Shown one piece after another: positions 29,648 through 39,210 of a stretch of DNA of 64,000 nucleotides. The first letter of the stretch is position 1. Each line of letters begins with the position of its first letter. The translations under genes and the position numbers were made by a program. Location: contig OZ241917.1 in NCBI GenBank assembly GCA_965203805.1, positions 4,928,001-4,992,000 of the forward strand. Reading direction: 5' to 3'. Source of the stretch: Candidatus Latescibacterota bacterium (GTDB lineage Bacteria > Latescibacterota > UBA2968 > GCA-2709665). The notes under the pieces were generated by a model that was given only the letters and a program-made list of their open reading frames with translations, had not been told where the DNA came from and did no database searches.

Positions 29648-31135
29648 GTGACGTTGACAACACGTTTTGCACTTTTCGTCTTCCTGACGCTGGGCTTTCC
29701 CGCTTTGCTTCAGGCGCAGACCATGTCCCCGGCCCGGGTCGATTTCGACGGCGACGGTTCGATCGGGTTCGGGGATTTCATTCTGTTCAGCCAGTATTTT
29801 CAGTCCGACCACCCGATGTACGATCTAAGCGGCGACGGCGCGGTGGGTTTTCCCGACTTTGTCGCATTCGCGAGCGCCTTCGGTCAGACAGTCGCCCGGA
29901 TGGAACGACCGGGAATGGTCTCTGGCAATATCACCTCGAACGAAGTCTGGACCTCGGACCGCGACTATCTGCTCTCCGGTCCGGTCTTCGTCCGGGACGG
30001 CGCCACCCTCATTATCATGCCCGGCACGACGGTCTATGGCGAGGGGGCAACCAACGGCACGCTGATCGTCGCGCAGGGCGGCAAACTCATCGCTGACGGA
30101 ACTGCTCGAAATCCGATCGTGTTCACGAGCGATCAGTTCGAGGGCGAACGAGACAGGGGGCAGTGGGGCGGTCTGATCATCAATGGCCGTGCGCCGGTCA
30201 ACACGGGGCTGCCCGCTTTCGGCGAGGGCGACACGGGCGAATACGGCGGCACAGACCCGGAGGACAGCAGCGGCATCCTGCGCTACGTCCGAGTGGAGTT
30301 CGCCGGCATCGAGTTTTCTCCGGACAACGAACTGAACGGCATCGCCTTTCAGGGGGTGGGTTCGGGCACGGTGGTGGAGCACGTACAGGTGCACTTCAAC
30401 CAGGACGACGGCATCGAGTTCTTCGGCGGGACGGTCAACGCCAAGTATCTGATATGCACGGGGATCCGGGACGACTCGTTCGACTGGACGGACGGATGGA
30501 CGGGCAAGGGACAGTTCTGGGTGGCGCAGCAGCGCGGCGACGACGCGGACAACGGGTTCGAAGCCGACAACAACGGCGACGACAACGAGGCGAGCCCGCG
30601 TTCGAACCCGACGATCTACAACGTGACGGTGGTAGGGGATCCGGACGGACCGGAAAGCGATACGGGTCTGCTGCTACGCGAGGGCACGGCGGCGACGCTG
30701 CGAAACTTTATCGTGATCGGGTTCAACGCGGGCGGCCTTGACGTCGATACGGAATCGTCGATCACACTGGCAAACAACGGTGATCTGTCGTTGCGGAACT
30801 CGATTTTCTACAACAACGCGACGGACGTGGACGAGCAGGGCATGCGTACGATGGGCAATTTCAACACGGACGGCGACGGGTTCGACGAGGGGACGTGGGC
30901 GATGATGTCGGGCTTCGACAACTCGGATGCGGACCCGGACCTGCGGGCGCCTTACAGCATTCGCTCGCCCAGCTTCCAGCCGTCTTCCTCTTCGCCGGCG
31001 GTGAACGGGTCGGTGCCCGTCGCGAGTCCGCCTTCGGACGGGTTCTTCGAAGCCGTGGACTTTATCGGCGCGATGAGTGCGGACGACGACTGGACCGCGG
31101 GATGGATCACGACGGAACAGCCCGCGGGAGAGTAG
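29648..31135 (+). CDS. Secreted beta-helix protein with N-terminal paired EF-hand/dockerin-like module
   Basis: DFDGDGSIGFGDF..DLSGDGAVGFPDF; WGGLIINGRAP, YGG...DSSGILRYVRVEFAG, ELNGI, DDGIEFFGGTV. Confidence 0.85.
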   Translation: MTLTTRFALFVFLTLGFPALLQAQTMSPARVDFDGDGSIGFGDFILFSQYFQSDHPMYDLSGDGAVGFPDFVAFASAFGQTVARMERPGMVSGNITSNEVWTSDRDYLLSGPVFVRDGATLIIMPGTTVYGEGATNGTLIVAQGGKLIADGTARNPIVFTSDQFEGERDRGQWGGLIINGRAPVNTGLPAFGEGDTGEYGGTDPEDSSGILRYVRVEFAGIEFSPDNELNGIAFQGVGSGTVVEHVQVHFNQDDGIEFFGGTVNAKYLICTGIRDDSFDWTDGWTGKGQFWVAQQRGDDADNGFEADNNGDDNEASPRSNPTIYNVTVVGDPDGPESDTGLLLREGTAATLRNFIVIGFNAGGLDVDTESSITLANNGDLSLRNSIFYNNATDVDEQGMRTMGNFNTDGDGFDEGTWAMMSGFDNSDADPDLRAPYSIRSPSFQPSSSSPAVNGSVPVASPPSDGFFEAVDFIGAMSADDDWTAGWITTEQPAGE

Positions 31136-31159
31136 ACACGACTCTCCGGGCGGAAAGTT

Positions 31160-31208
31160 GAAAAAAGGGGGAGGAAACCTCGCTCCCATCTCGCTCCCCT
31201 CCCCCTTT
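31160..31208. terminator. Hairpin terminator
   Basis: AAAGGGGGAGG...CCTCCCCCTTT. Confidence 0.65.
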
Positions 31209-31324
31209 GAAGCTGTCTTGAAAACCCGGCGGTTGTCGCTCGGATCCAAAAGCGCCTGCCTGCGCAGCGTACTGCGCTGCAGGCAGGCCGGCCGGGAACG
31301 CACCAGGGATTTTGAGACAGTTTC
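31209..31324. mobile_element. MITE-like element (19-bp imperfect terminal IRs) carrying a 33-bp mini-element at 31255-31287
   Basis: gaagctgtcttgaaaaccc ... gggattttgagacagtttc (15/19 match); internal cctgcctgcgcagcgtactgcgctgcaggcagg. Confidence 0.6.
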
Positions 31325-31474
31325 CAGGAGACCGGACGGGCTCGAACGAAGCGTGACCGCTTCAGCGCCTGTTCGGTCTTTCTTGTCTTTTTTGCCGGTT
31401 CAACGTATTATTCAGTTGGAGATGCGATGATTTTTTTCAATGGAGAAAGAAACGGTCGTCGTAGCTTATTCTCA

Positions 31475-31945
31475 ATGACGAAGCGGATTTTCCGGGGCGC
31501 GCTCGCCGTCCTGCTGGCATCGGGTTGCGTCGACACCAATGGGGATACGGACTCGCCGGAGGGGCTCGCACGCGCGGTCGTCGCCGCCCTCAACAAGGAA
31601 GACATCGCGGCGCTTCATAGCCTCCGGGTCCACAGGGAAGAATACCTCAAGAACATCCTGCCGGCATTTCCACCCATCAATTTCTCTCCGGAATTCGCCT
31701 GGAACAACCTGAACAAGAGATCCATCATCGGCGTGAACAAATGGATCAGACGATACGGAGGAGAGAGCCTGAGTTTTGCCGGCATCCGTTTCGAGAAGCC
31801 GGAGGAAACCTATAAGGGTCTGAAACTCCTGCGTGGGACCGTGTTGAGCGTGCGAACCCAGAGGGGCAAACACGTGGATCTGCGCATCCTCGGATCGGTG
31901 GTTCTCAGAGACGGCCGGTACAGGCTTCTGAGCTATGACGACTGA
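31475..31945 (+). CDS. Hypothetical lipoprotein
   Basis: MTKRIFRGALAVLLASGC lipobox. Confidence 0.7.
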   Translation: MTKRIFRGALAVLLASGCVDTNGDTDSPEGLARAVVAALNKEDIAALHSLRVHREEYLKNILPAFPPINFSPEFAWNNLNKRSIIGVNKWIRRYGGESLSFAGIRFEKPEETYKGLKLLRGTVLSVRTQRGKHVDLRILGSVVLRDGRYRLLSYDD

Positions 31946-32143
31946 ACGAAATGCCTTCAGGGAAGCGCGAAACAGGCTGATGTCTCTGGGCATCGGCCTT
32001 CTGTTTATGGGGCCCGGTCTTCGCCACCATTCTCCGTCAGCGGGGCGACCACGACGGCGAGAGCGGAATCGTCACCTATCTTCGCGGTATGAAGCAGCTG
32101 TTCGCGTCGAACGTTCCCGTCGGGTTCTGATGGACATCATGCG

Positions 32144-33679
32144 ATGAAAAGCAAGGTATCCGCACTGCGTCTTCCCGCATCGGTCGACCCACTCAGCGTA
32201 TGGGGGAACGCCGTCGGTTCCCATACCTGTGTGACGATAGCCGATACCGTGCAGAATCAGACGTTCCTCGACACGTTCGATTGGCGCCTGTTCAATAGAA
32301 ACCTGGTACTGATGAAGGAACAGGAACGCTACCTTCTCTACAGCCTGCCGGACCGTGAAACCGTCGCGTCGCTCGGCATGCCGCGCGGGGCCGAACCGGA
32401 GTTCAGCACGGATTTTCTCGAGGGACCCCTGAAGAAGGTCCTGGAGGCGCACGTGAGCGTACGGGCGCTATTGCCCCTCGCGCGCGCCAGGACGCGCCGG
32501 CAGACCATGCGCGTACGCAACAGAAACGAAAAAACCGTCCTGATCGCAACGATTGAACAGGCGCGGTTGACCGACGCCGTGCGAGACGGACAACCGATCA
32601 ACACCGTCGTGCTGCGGTCGATCCGGGGATATGAGAAGCATCTGCGAAGACTAAACCGTTCGCTGCTGGACGCAGGCGCCCAACCTCAGACCGAAGACCT
32701 GTTCCACGCCGCCATGCGGGCGTCCGGGAGGGAACCGGGAGGCTACACCTCAAGGCTCAACATCGTGCTGGAACCCGATCTGACCGGCGCGGAGGCCGTC
32801 AAGCGGATTCTGGAGCACCTGTTCAGAACGATCAGGTGTAATGAAGCGGGCATAAAGGATGACGTCGACACGGAGTTTCTGCACGATTTCAGGGTGGGAA
32901 TCCGGCGGACGCGTTCAGCCCTCAGCCAGATCAAATCCGTTTTCCCCGATGGTCGGGTTGCCCGTTTCCGGCAGGACTTTTCCTATCTCGGAAAACTCAC
33001 CAACCGTCTGCGCGACCTGGACGTCACCCTGCTGAAGCGGGACGCGTACCGGTCTCTCCTGCCGGGATATCTGCGGCCTCGACTGGATCCCCTCTTCGAT
33101 TCCCTGCGGGCGGAACGTACGGGCGAACACCGGCGTCTGGCCGCCGCCCTTGACGGCAACAGGTACCTGAAAATCGCCGCGGACTGGGAGGCGTTTCTGA
33201 AGTGCCCGCCGCCGGCCGCATCGCCGGACAACGCGGAAGCGCCGGCGATCGGCCTGGCGCGAAGATTCATTGACAAGAGATACGGCCGCGTGATCGAATC
33301 GGGGACCGCGATCGACCCGTCCACGCCCGACGCCGAACTGCACCGGCTTCGGATCGAATGCAAGAAACTGCGCTATCTCCTGGAGTTTTTCTCGTCGCTT
33401 TTCCCCGCGGAAGAGATCCGGCTGATTGTCGATCACCTCAAAAGCCTGCAGGACAACCTGGGCGATTTCAACGACCTCTCCGTCCAGCAGGCCGACCTGA
33501 AGTCGTACCTGAAAACCTTGCCGGCGAACGGGACTCACCCGGAAACCTTCGCCGCCGTCGGCGGTCTGATCGGATGCCTGTTCCTCGAGCAGCAGAGCGT
33601 CCGCGCGGCCTTTTCGAAGACGTTCGTGCGTTTCAATCAGGCGGAGGTTGCCGCCACCTTCCGACGCCTGTTCGCCTGA
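32144..33679 (+). CDS. CHAD-domain (polyphosphate-binding) protein
   Basis: EFLHDFRVGIRRTRS, LRDLDV, LHRLRIECKKLRYLLEFF, LQDNLGDFND. Confidence 0.92.
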   Translation: MKSKVSALRLPASVDPLSVWGNAVGSHTCVTIADTVQNQTFLDTFDWRLFNRNLVLMKEQERYLLYSLPDRETVASLGMPRGAEPEFSTDFLEGPLKKVLEAHVSVRALLPLARARTRRQTMRVRNRNEKTVLIATIEQARLTDAVRDGQPINTVVLRSIRGYEKHLRRLNRSLLDAGAQPQTEDLFHAAMRASGREPGGYTSRLNIVLEPDLTGAEAVKRILEHLFRTIRCNEAGIKDDVDTEFLHDFRVGIRRTRSALSQIKSVFPDGRVARFRQDFSYLGKLTNRLRDLDVTLLKRDAYRSLLPGYLRPRLDPLFDSLRAERTGEHRRLAAALDGNRYLKIAADWEAFLKCPPPAASPDNAEAPAIGLARRFIDKRYGRVIESGTAIDPSTPDAELHRLRIECKKLRYLLEFFSSLFPAEEIRLIVDHLKSLQDNLGDFNDLSVQQADLKSYLKTLPANGTHPETFAAVGGLIGCLFLEQQSVRAAFSKTFVRFNQAEVAATFRRLFA

Positions 33680-33697
33680 AGGCAGAAAGCGCATTCC

Positions 33698-34447
33698 ATG
33701 GCAACAGTCGCCCTTTACAACATCAAGGGCGGGGTGGGCAAGACCGCCGCGGCGGTGAATCTGGCCTACCTCGCCGCGTGCGACGGCGCACAGACCATTC
33801 TGTTCGACCTGGACCCGCAGGGATCGGCAGCATTCTACTTTCGCATCAAACCCTCAAGGAAGCTGCCGGGCCGAAAGTTTCTCCGCGGCGGGCGCTGGAT
33901 AGAGAAGCGCATACGGGGAACCGACTACGAAAACCTGGACCTGATGCCGTCCAACCTGTCGTTCCGGAACCTGGACACGACGCTGAGCAAACTGAAGGGC
34001 TCCACAAAGCGGCTCCATCGCATTCTGAAACCGTACCGCAAGTCGTACGACTTCATCTTTCTCGACTGTCCGCCGGGTATCGGCCTGGTATCGGAAAATA
34101 TGCTCTTCGCCTCCGACGTCGTCCTGGTTCCATGTATTCCAACCACGCTGTCCATGCGTACCTATGACCAGCTGGTGGGTTTCTTCGATTCCAAAGGCCG
34201 TGACGTTTCCCGGATCTACCCGTTCTTCGCGATGGTGGAGAAACGGAAACGCATGCACAGCGAACTTCTGGCGACCGGCGGAGACCCCGAACAGCGGTTT
34301 CTGAAGACCCGGATTCCCTACGCGTCGGAAGTCGAGAAAATGGGTATCCACCGGGAACCGGTCCCATGTTTCGCGCCGGGTTCGCCCGCCGCAGACGCGT
34401 ATCAGGACCTTTGGAATGAACTCAAGGGGATGGTGCCGAGACGCTGA
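33698..34447 (+). CDS. ParA/MinD-family ATPase
   Basis: Deviant Walker A KGGVGKT, DLDPQG, FLDCPP. Confidence 0.93.
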   Translation: MATVALYNIKGGVGKTAAAVNLAYLAACDGAQTILFDLDPQGSAAFYFRIKPSRKLPGRKFLRGGRWIEKRIRGTDYENLDLMPSNLSFRNLDTTLSKLKGSTKRLHRILKPYRKSYDFIFLDCPPGIGLVSENMLFASDVVLVPCIPTTLSMRTYDQLVGFFDSKGRDVSRIYPFFAMVEKRKRMHSELLATGGDPEQRFLKTRIPYASEVEKMGIHREPVPCFAPGSPAADAYQDLWNELKGMVPRR

Positions 34448-34507
34448 CGGGCGACGACTCTGTCCGTCAAATCCCCGTACCGTAATGACTTGCGAGCCTG
34501 AAACCGA

Positions 34508-34536
34508 TTGACTGAAGCATTGCTGTGGATTATCTT
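34508..34536 (+). promoter_or_regulatory. sigma70 promoter of ppk1
   Basis: TTGACT-17 nt-TATCTT. Confidence 0.5.
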
Positions 34537-34584
34537 GGCGCTGTATAGACGTCGATTACGTGGGTACACCGAGAGAAGTGCGGC

Positions 34585-36693
34585 ATGAGTCTGGACGATC
34601 CAAAACTTTATACCAACCGGGAAATCTCCTGGCTTCGCTTTAACGAACGCGTCCTCGAGGAAGCCCGCGACCCCGGGAATCCCTTGTTGGAGCGGGTGAA
34701 GTTTCTTGCCATCGTGGCCAACAATCTGGACGAGTTTTTCGAGATTCGCGTGGCCGGGCTGCTCCAGCAGATGGAAGCCGGCGTACCCGATGCCGGCCCC
34801 GACGGGCTGTTACCCGAAGAACTGTTCGAAGCCGTTTCTCAGGAAGCCCATCGGATGGTCGACGAGCAATACGTCTGCTGGAACGAAGAGCTGCTGCCCG
34901 CGCTGAAAGAGGCAGACGTGCATATCCGCTCGGTGCAGGATCTCAGCACCGAGGAACAGTCATTCGTCCGTGACTACTGGCTTGGGGAACTCCATCCTGT
35001 TCTGACGCCGCTCACCGTCAATCCGGCCCATCCCTTTCCCCGAGTTGTGAACAAATCGCTTTGTCTGGCCGTACTGCTCAGGGACAGCGAAGGCGACACG
35101 CTGTTCGGCGTGGTAACGGTTCCGCGCCTGCTGCCGCGTCTCATCCGCCTGCCCAGGGAAGACGAAGGCCGGCGCGTGGATTACGTGTTTCTGGCCGACC
35201 TCGTGAGGGCGCACGTCCCGGAATTGTACCGGGGGTATGAAATCCTGGGCACGGCCCCGTTTCGCATCACGCGCAACAGCGACCTCTATCTCGATGAGGA
35301 AGAAGCCGACGACCTGCTCCTGGCCATCGAAGACGAACTCAAACGCAGGCGCAAGGGGGATACCGTCCGATTGGAAATCGACGCGGCCGCGCCAAAACAG
35401 ATCGTACGTCGACTTCGGGCGATGTACGATCTGGGCGAAAAACAGGTTTACCGGGTGAACGGTCCGGTCAATCTCAACCGTCTGATGATGCTCTACAGTG
35501 CGACGCGGCGACCGGACCTGAAGGATCCGCCGTACCATCCTGCGGAATACCCCTTCGCTGAAGACCTCGACCAGCTTTTCGCCGAGATCCGGCAGCGGGA
35601 TATTCTGCTGCATCACCCGTACGACTCGTTTCATCCTGTCGTCCAGTTTGTCCAGTCGGCGGCGAGGGATCCGGACGTCCTGGCCATCAAACAGACGCTG
35701 TACCGCACAACCGAAGACTCGCCGATCATGGGTGCGCTGCTCAAGGCTGCGGAGGCGGGCAAGGAAGTTACCGTGATTGTCGAGCTCAAAGCCCGGTTCG
35801 ACGAAGCCTCCAACATCCGGTGGGCGCGGCAGCTCCAGGATGCGGGCGTGTACGTTGCGTATGGGGTGGTCGGTCTAAAGACGCATTGCAAGCTCTCCAT
35901 GCTGGTTCGGCGCGAGGCAGACGGCCTCCGCCGTTACGCACACATCGGCACCGGTAACTACAATGCATCGACAGCGCGGGTCTATACGGACCTCGGCCTG
36001 ATGACCGCCCGCGAGGATATTACCAGCGACGTGGCCGAGGTGTTCAACCTGCTCACCACTCAGTCGGAACGTCCCGAAGTCAGGAAGCTGCTTGTCGCGC
36101 CGTTCAATATGATGAACTGTCTCGTTGGCAAAATCGATCGTGAGATCGAACACGCCAAGAGCGGACGGCCCGCGCGCATCGTTTGCAAGATGAACTCACT
36201 CCAGGACGAAAAGGTGGCCAAAGCGCTATACAAGGCGTCCCGGAACGGCGTGGACGTCGACCTGATTGTTCGCGGGATCTGCTGTATCCGTCCGGGGATT
36301 CCCGGCGTCAGCGACCGCATTCGCGTCAGGAGCATTGTCGGCAGATACCTCGAGCACAGCCGCATATACATGTTTCAGAACGGAACCGATCCCGAGATTT
36401 ACACCGGGAGCGCGGACTGGATGCCCCGCAATCTCCGCCGCCGCGTTGAGATTCTCTGTCCCATCGAAGACCCGGTACTTGTCCGGCGAATTCAATCCGA
36501 GATTCTGTCTCCCTGCCTGGCGGACAACGTCAAGGCACGCGAACTCCTTCCGGACGGCGACCATCGTCGAATCGGGCCGTCAAACGGCAGACCGGCTCTT
36601 TCATCGCAGGAGGTGATGATGGACCTCGCCCGTGGAGAAACCATCGACATTCCGGATTTTTTCGCCGGCAACGGTCTGCAGCCGGATTCATAA
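34585..36693 (+). CDS. ppk1: Polyphosphate kinase 1
   Basis: NREISWLRFNERVL, NLDEFFEIRVAGL, LHHPYDSF, ELKARFDE, KTHCK, GTGNYN, RYLEHSR. Confidence 0.97.
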   Translation: MSLDDPKLYTNREISWLRFNERVLEEARDPGNPLLERVKFLAIVANNLDEFFEIRVAGLLQQMEAGVPDAGPDGLLPEELFEAVSQEAHRMVDEQYVCWNEELLPALKEADVHIRSVQDLSTEEQSFVRDYWLGELHPVLTPLTVNPAHPFPRVVNKSLCLAVLLRDSEGDTLFGVVTVPRLLPRLIRLPREDEGRRVDYVFLADLVRAHVPELYRGYEILGTAPFRITRNSDLYLDEEEADDLLLAIEDELKRRRKGDTVRLEIDAAAPKQIVRRLRAMYDLGEKQVYRVNGPVNLNRLMMLYSATRRPDLKDPPYHPAEYPFAEDLDQLFAEIRQRDILLHHPYDSFHPVVQFVQSAARDPDVLAIKQTLYRTTEDSPIMGALLKAAEAGKEVTVIVELKARFDEASNIRWARQLQDAGVYVAYGVVGLKTHCKLSMLVRREADGLRRYAHIGTGNYNASTARVYTDLGLMTAREDITSDVAEVFNLLTTQSERPEVRKLLVAPFNMMNCLVGKIDREIEHAKSGRPARIVCKMNSLQDEKVAKALYKASRNGVDVDLIVRGICCIRPGIPGVSDRIRVRSIVGRYLEHSRIYMFQNGTDPEIYTGSADWMPRNLRRRVEILCPIEDPVLVRRIQSEILSPCLADNVKARELLPDGDHRRIGPSNGRPALSSQEVMMDLARGETIDIPDFFAGNGLQPDS

Positions 36694-36757
36694 AAAGGAC
36701 GGAGAACTTACCATCAGTCCTCCGTCTTCCATTCTTCCGGTCGATATTGATGTACGG

Positions 36758-38311
36758 CTATGCGGACTGAAGCGTAAAGCCAAAGGTGGAACCCGCTCCC
36801 AGTACGCTCGTCGCGTAGACCCGTTCCCCGTGGGCCTCAACGATATGCCGGACAATCGAAAGTCCCAGTCCGGTTCCGCCCTGTCTTCTGGATCGCCCCG
36901 CATCCACCCGGTAGAACCTTTCGAAAACCCGCGGCAGCGAGTCGGAAGCGATCCCGATGCCCGTATCTGTAACCTCGAGTGCAAACCGTTCGCCCGAAGC
37001 GCCCGGCACTGAGGCCTCATCCGTGTTGCCGGGATGAGCCGCCAGCACAACGTTCGGTGCGTTCGCCGCGTCCGTACCCGCGAAAACTTCCTCCGACATG
37101 AGCCGCCTTCCGGCCACCCGCACCTGCCCGCCCCGGGTTGTGTATTTAACGGCGTTGTCGAGCAGGTTGACCACGGCCTGCTCGATCAGTTTCGGGTCGC
37201 CGTGGACCACCGGTTCGTCCTGAATCGAGATTTCAACGACGATGTCATTTGCTTCGGCCTGACTCCGGATTGAATCGTACGCCCGGTCCACCACCCGTCG
37301 AATCGCGAAATCCTCGATTTCAATCGGCGGCGTGTCGGACTGCAGCCGCGAGAGATCGAGCAGATCGTCCAGCAGCACCTGGAGCCGGTCCGAATGCGTG
37401 CGGATGGTCTGCACGAATCGAGCGGCGGTGCCGCGGTCGTCGAGCGCGCCCTCGGCAAGCGTATCCGCACACCCCTTGATAGCCGTGAGCGGCGTTCGTA
37501 TTTCGTGGGATACATTGGCCACGAAATCCTTGCGCGCCCGCTCCAGCCGATGCAATTCGGTCGTGTCGTAGAAAACCGCCGCCACACCCATCCCCTCGTT
37601 CTCCCGACGGATCGGTGCCACGTGCACGTCGAAGTGTCGTTCCGGAAGACCGGACGTTGTCATGGTCTGCGTCCGGGCCTCGCCGGTTCTCAGGGTGTGT
37701 TCGATGGCTTCCTGAACACTTACGTCGCGGATCATTTCCACCGGCGGACGGCCTTCCGAGGGGGACGTCACGCCGAAGAGCCGCTCGAACGTGTGGTTTG
37801 TGAGGAGAACGCGGCCGTCCTGCCCCGTGACGAGGATGCCGACCGTGATGTCCGCGAGAATCGCTTCAAGCCGTGACTTTTCACCGAGGATGTCCGCGAT
37901 CCGCTCCTGGACCTGCCGCCGCGCGGACGCCAGAGACGTTGCCAGATCGGTGATTTCCGGGGGAGAGGGGATGAAAGGCGGCTCACGAGCGTAATCGCCA
38001 GCGGCCATGGCACGCGAGAATTCCGTCAATTTCCGTATTGGTTGTAATACGGAACGTGAAAAGATGGCGGCCAGCACCAACGCCACGGTCAGCCCCAGCG
38101 AGGCGGCGAGCAGGACGGCCAGATTGACGCGCTCCTGCAGGCGGCCCGCGTGCTCCACCGTCACGAGCGGGAAGGGTTCCCCAGTGATCGCGTCCGTGCC
38201 CTGCGTCACCTGGGTATCCTGAATCGTACCCGTCAGGGTAACATGCACGGCCGCCAGGGTCGTCACGACGACGGCCGCGCAAATCAACGACAACCGCCAG
38301 TGCAATTTCAT
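36758..38311 (-). CDS. phoR: PhoR-like sensor histidine kinase (HAMP-PAS-HisKA-HATPase)
   Basis: DFVANVSHEIRTPLT, NLLDNAVKY, DTGIGI, FERFYRVD, GGTGLGLSIV. Confidence 0.9.
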   Translation of the reverse strand: MKLHWRLSLICAAVVVTTLAAVHVTLTGTIQDTQVTQGTDAITGEPFPLVTVEHAGRLQERVNLAVLLAASLGLTVALVLAAIFSRSVLQPIRKLTEFSRAMAAGDYAREPPFIPSPPEITDLATSLASARRQVQERIADILGEKSRLEAILADITVGILVTGQDGRVLLTNHTFERLFGVTSPSEGRPPVEMIRDVSVQEAIEHTLRTGEARTQTMTTSGLPERHFDVHVAPIRRENEGMGVAAVFYDTTELHRLERARKDFVANVSHEIRTPLTAIKGCADTLAEGALDDRGTAARFVQTIRTHSDRLQVLLDDLLDLSRLQSDTPPIEIEDFAIRRVVDRAYDSIRSQAEANDIVVEISIQDEPVVHGDPKLIEQAVVNLLDNAVKYTTRGGQVRVAGRRLMSEEVFAGTDAANAPNVVLAAHPGNTDEASVPGASGERFALEVTDTGIGIASDSLPRVFERFYRVDAGRSRRQGGTGLGLSIVRHIVEAHGERVYATSVLGAGSTFGFTLQSA

Positions 38312-38314
38312 CTC

Positions 38315-38357
38315 ACTCGCCGTCCTCCGGCGAATCCGCTGTAACCGTAAAGGAACC
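38315..38357. repeat. Direct repeat of the serine hydrolase 3' end (partner 39215-39257)
   Basis: 38/43 identity, exactly 900 bp apart. Confidence 0.85.
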
Positions 38358-38533
38358 GGAGATTACAAGCCCCATAGAGGAGGGTTTTGTCGATTTCGCT
38401 CAGAATCAAAAGATGACCCGCGCCATTTCAAGGAAATGGGACACAGGCCACAGGTAAAGAACAACCAGGAATTCAGACATTCAGCCTGATCCGGCAGACT
38501 GGTTTGAGTTGCTTCCGTTCATCGAAAACCTGC

Positions 38534-38803
38534 TCATGCGGCCTGCAATGGGGACAGTTCTTCGGGATCAAGCAGGGGTACGTTCAGTTCGTTCAACACC
38601 TCGTTGATCTGGTCCGACGTCACCTGATTCGGAGCAGTGATCTCCAGGCCTATCGGATGTCCATCCGCCTCATAATCCACGAGCAGACCCTTCCGAATCT
38701 TCTCCGTCCTTACACTTCTGGCCATGGCCTTTCTGGGAAAATACAAATATGCTGCCAGCGGCCGGCCCTTTCGAAACGTAATCTCCAGATATCGGTCTCT
38801 CAT
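38534..38803 (-). CDS. DUF2283-like putative antitoxin
   Basis: AAYLYF...LLVDYEADGHPIGLEI. Confidence 0.8.
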   Translation of the reverse strand: MRDRYLEITFRKGRPLAAYLYFPRKAMARSVRTEKIRKGLLVDYEADGHPIGLEITAPNQVTSDQINEVLNELNVPLLDPEELSPLQAA

Positions 38804-39075
38804 CGTCCCTTGCTTTCTCTGATCGGATATGCGGTGACAATCACCAGCAGCTGCTCTTCAAAATCCGGTTCGACAATAACCTCCCAATCCGTCTGATGAA
38901 ACCGACTTTCTACGACAAAACGGCCGTAAAACTCGTCTGGCCGATAGCCTCCTGCACGGCTTAACATCTCTCTCAGCGCGATTTCCGTGAAATCCCTCTG
39001 CTCCATTCGTTTTTCGGCGTGCGGGGTGATTTCTAGTTCCCATTTCCACCAATCGGGCCAATTCATCCTTGCCAT
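38800..39075 (-). CDS. DUF4258-like putative toxin
   Basis: ITPHAEKRMEQR...VIVTAY; ATGA overlap with the partner gene. Confidence 0.8.
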   Translation of the reverse strand: MARMNWPDWWKWELEITPHAEKRMEQRDFTEIALREMLSRAGGYRPDEFYGRFVVESRFHQTDWEVIVEPDFEEQLLVIVTAYPIRESKGR

Positions 39076-39210
39076 CCGAACGGAGTCCGGGCTGACCCGC
39101 TATAAATATAAAGAAAACCGAACATTCAATACACTATTTTACGGTTTGGCAATAATCGGTCGCAGGAATGAAGACAAGGTGCACGAGCAGTCGGAATCAC
39201 AGCGAGATCT

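Noticed and set aside
33698-34447. ParA as chromosome or plasmid partition gene
   Set aside because: No parB, obvious parS or replication gene nearby; the context is polyP metabolism.
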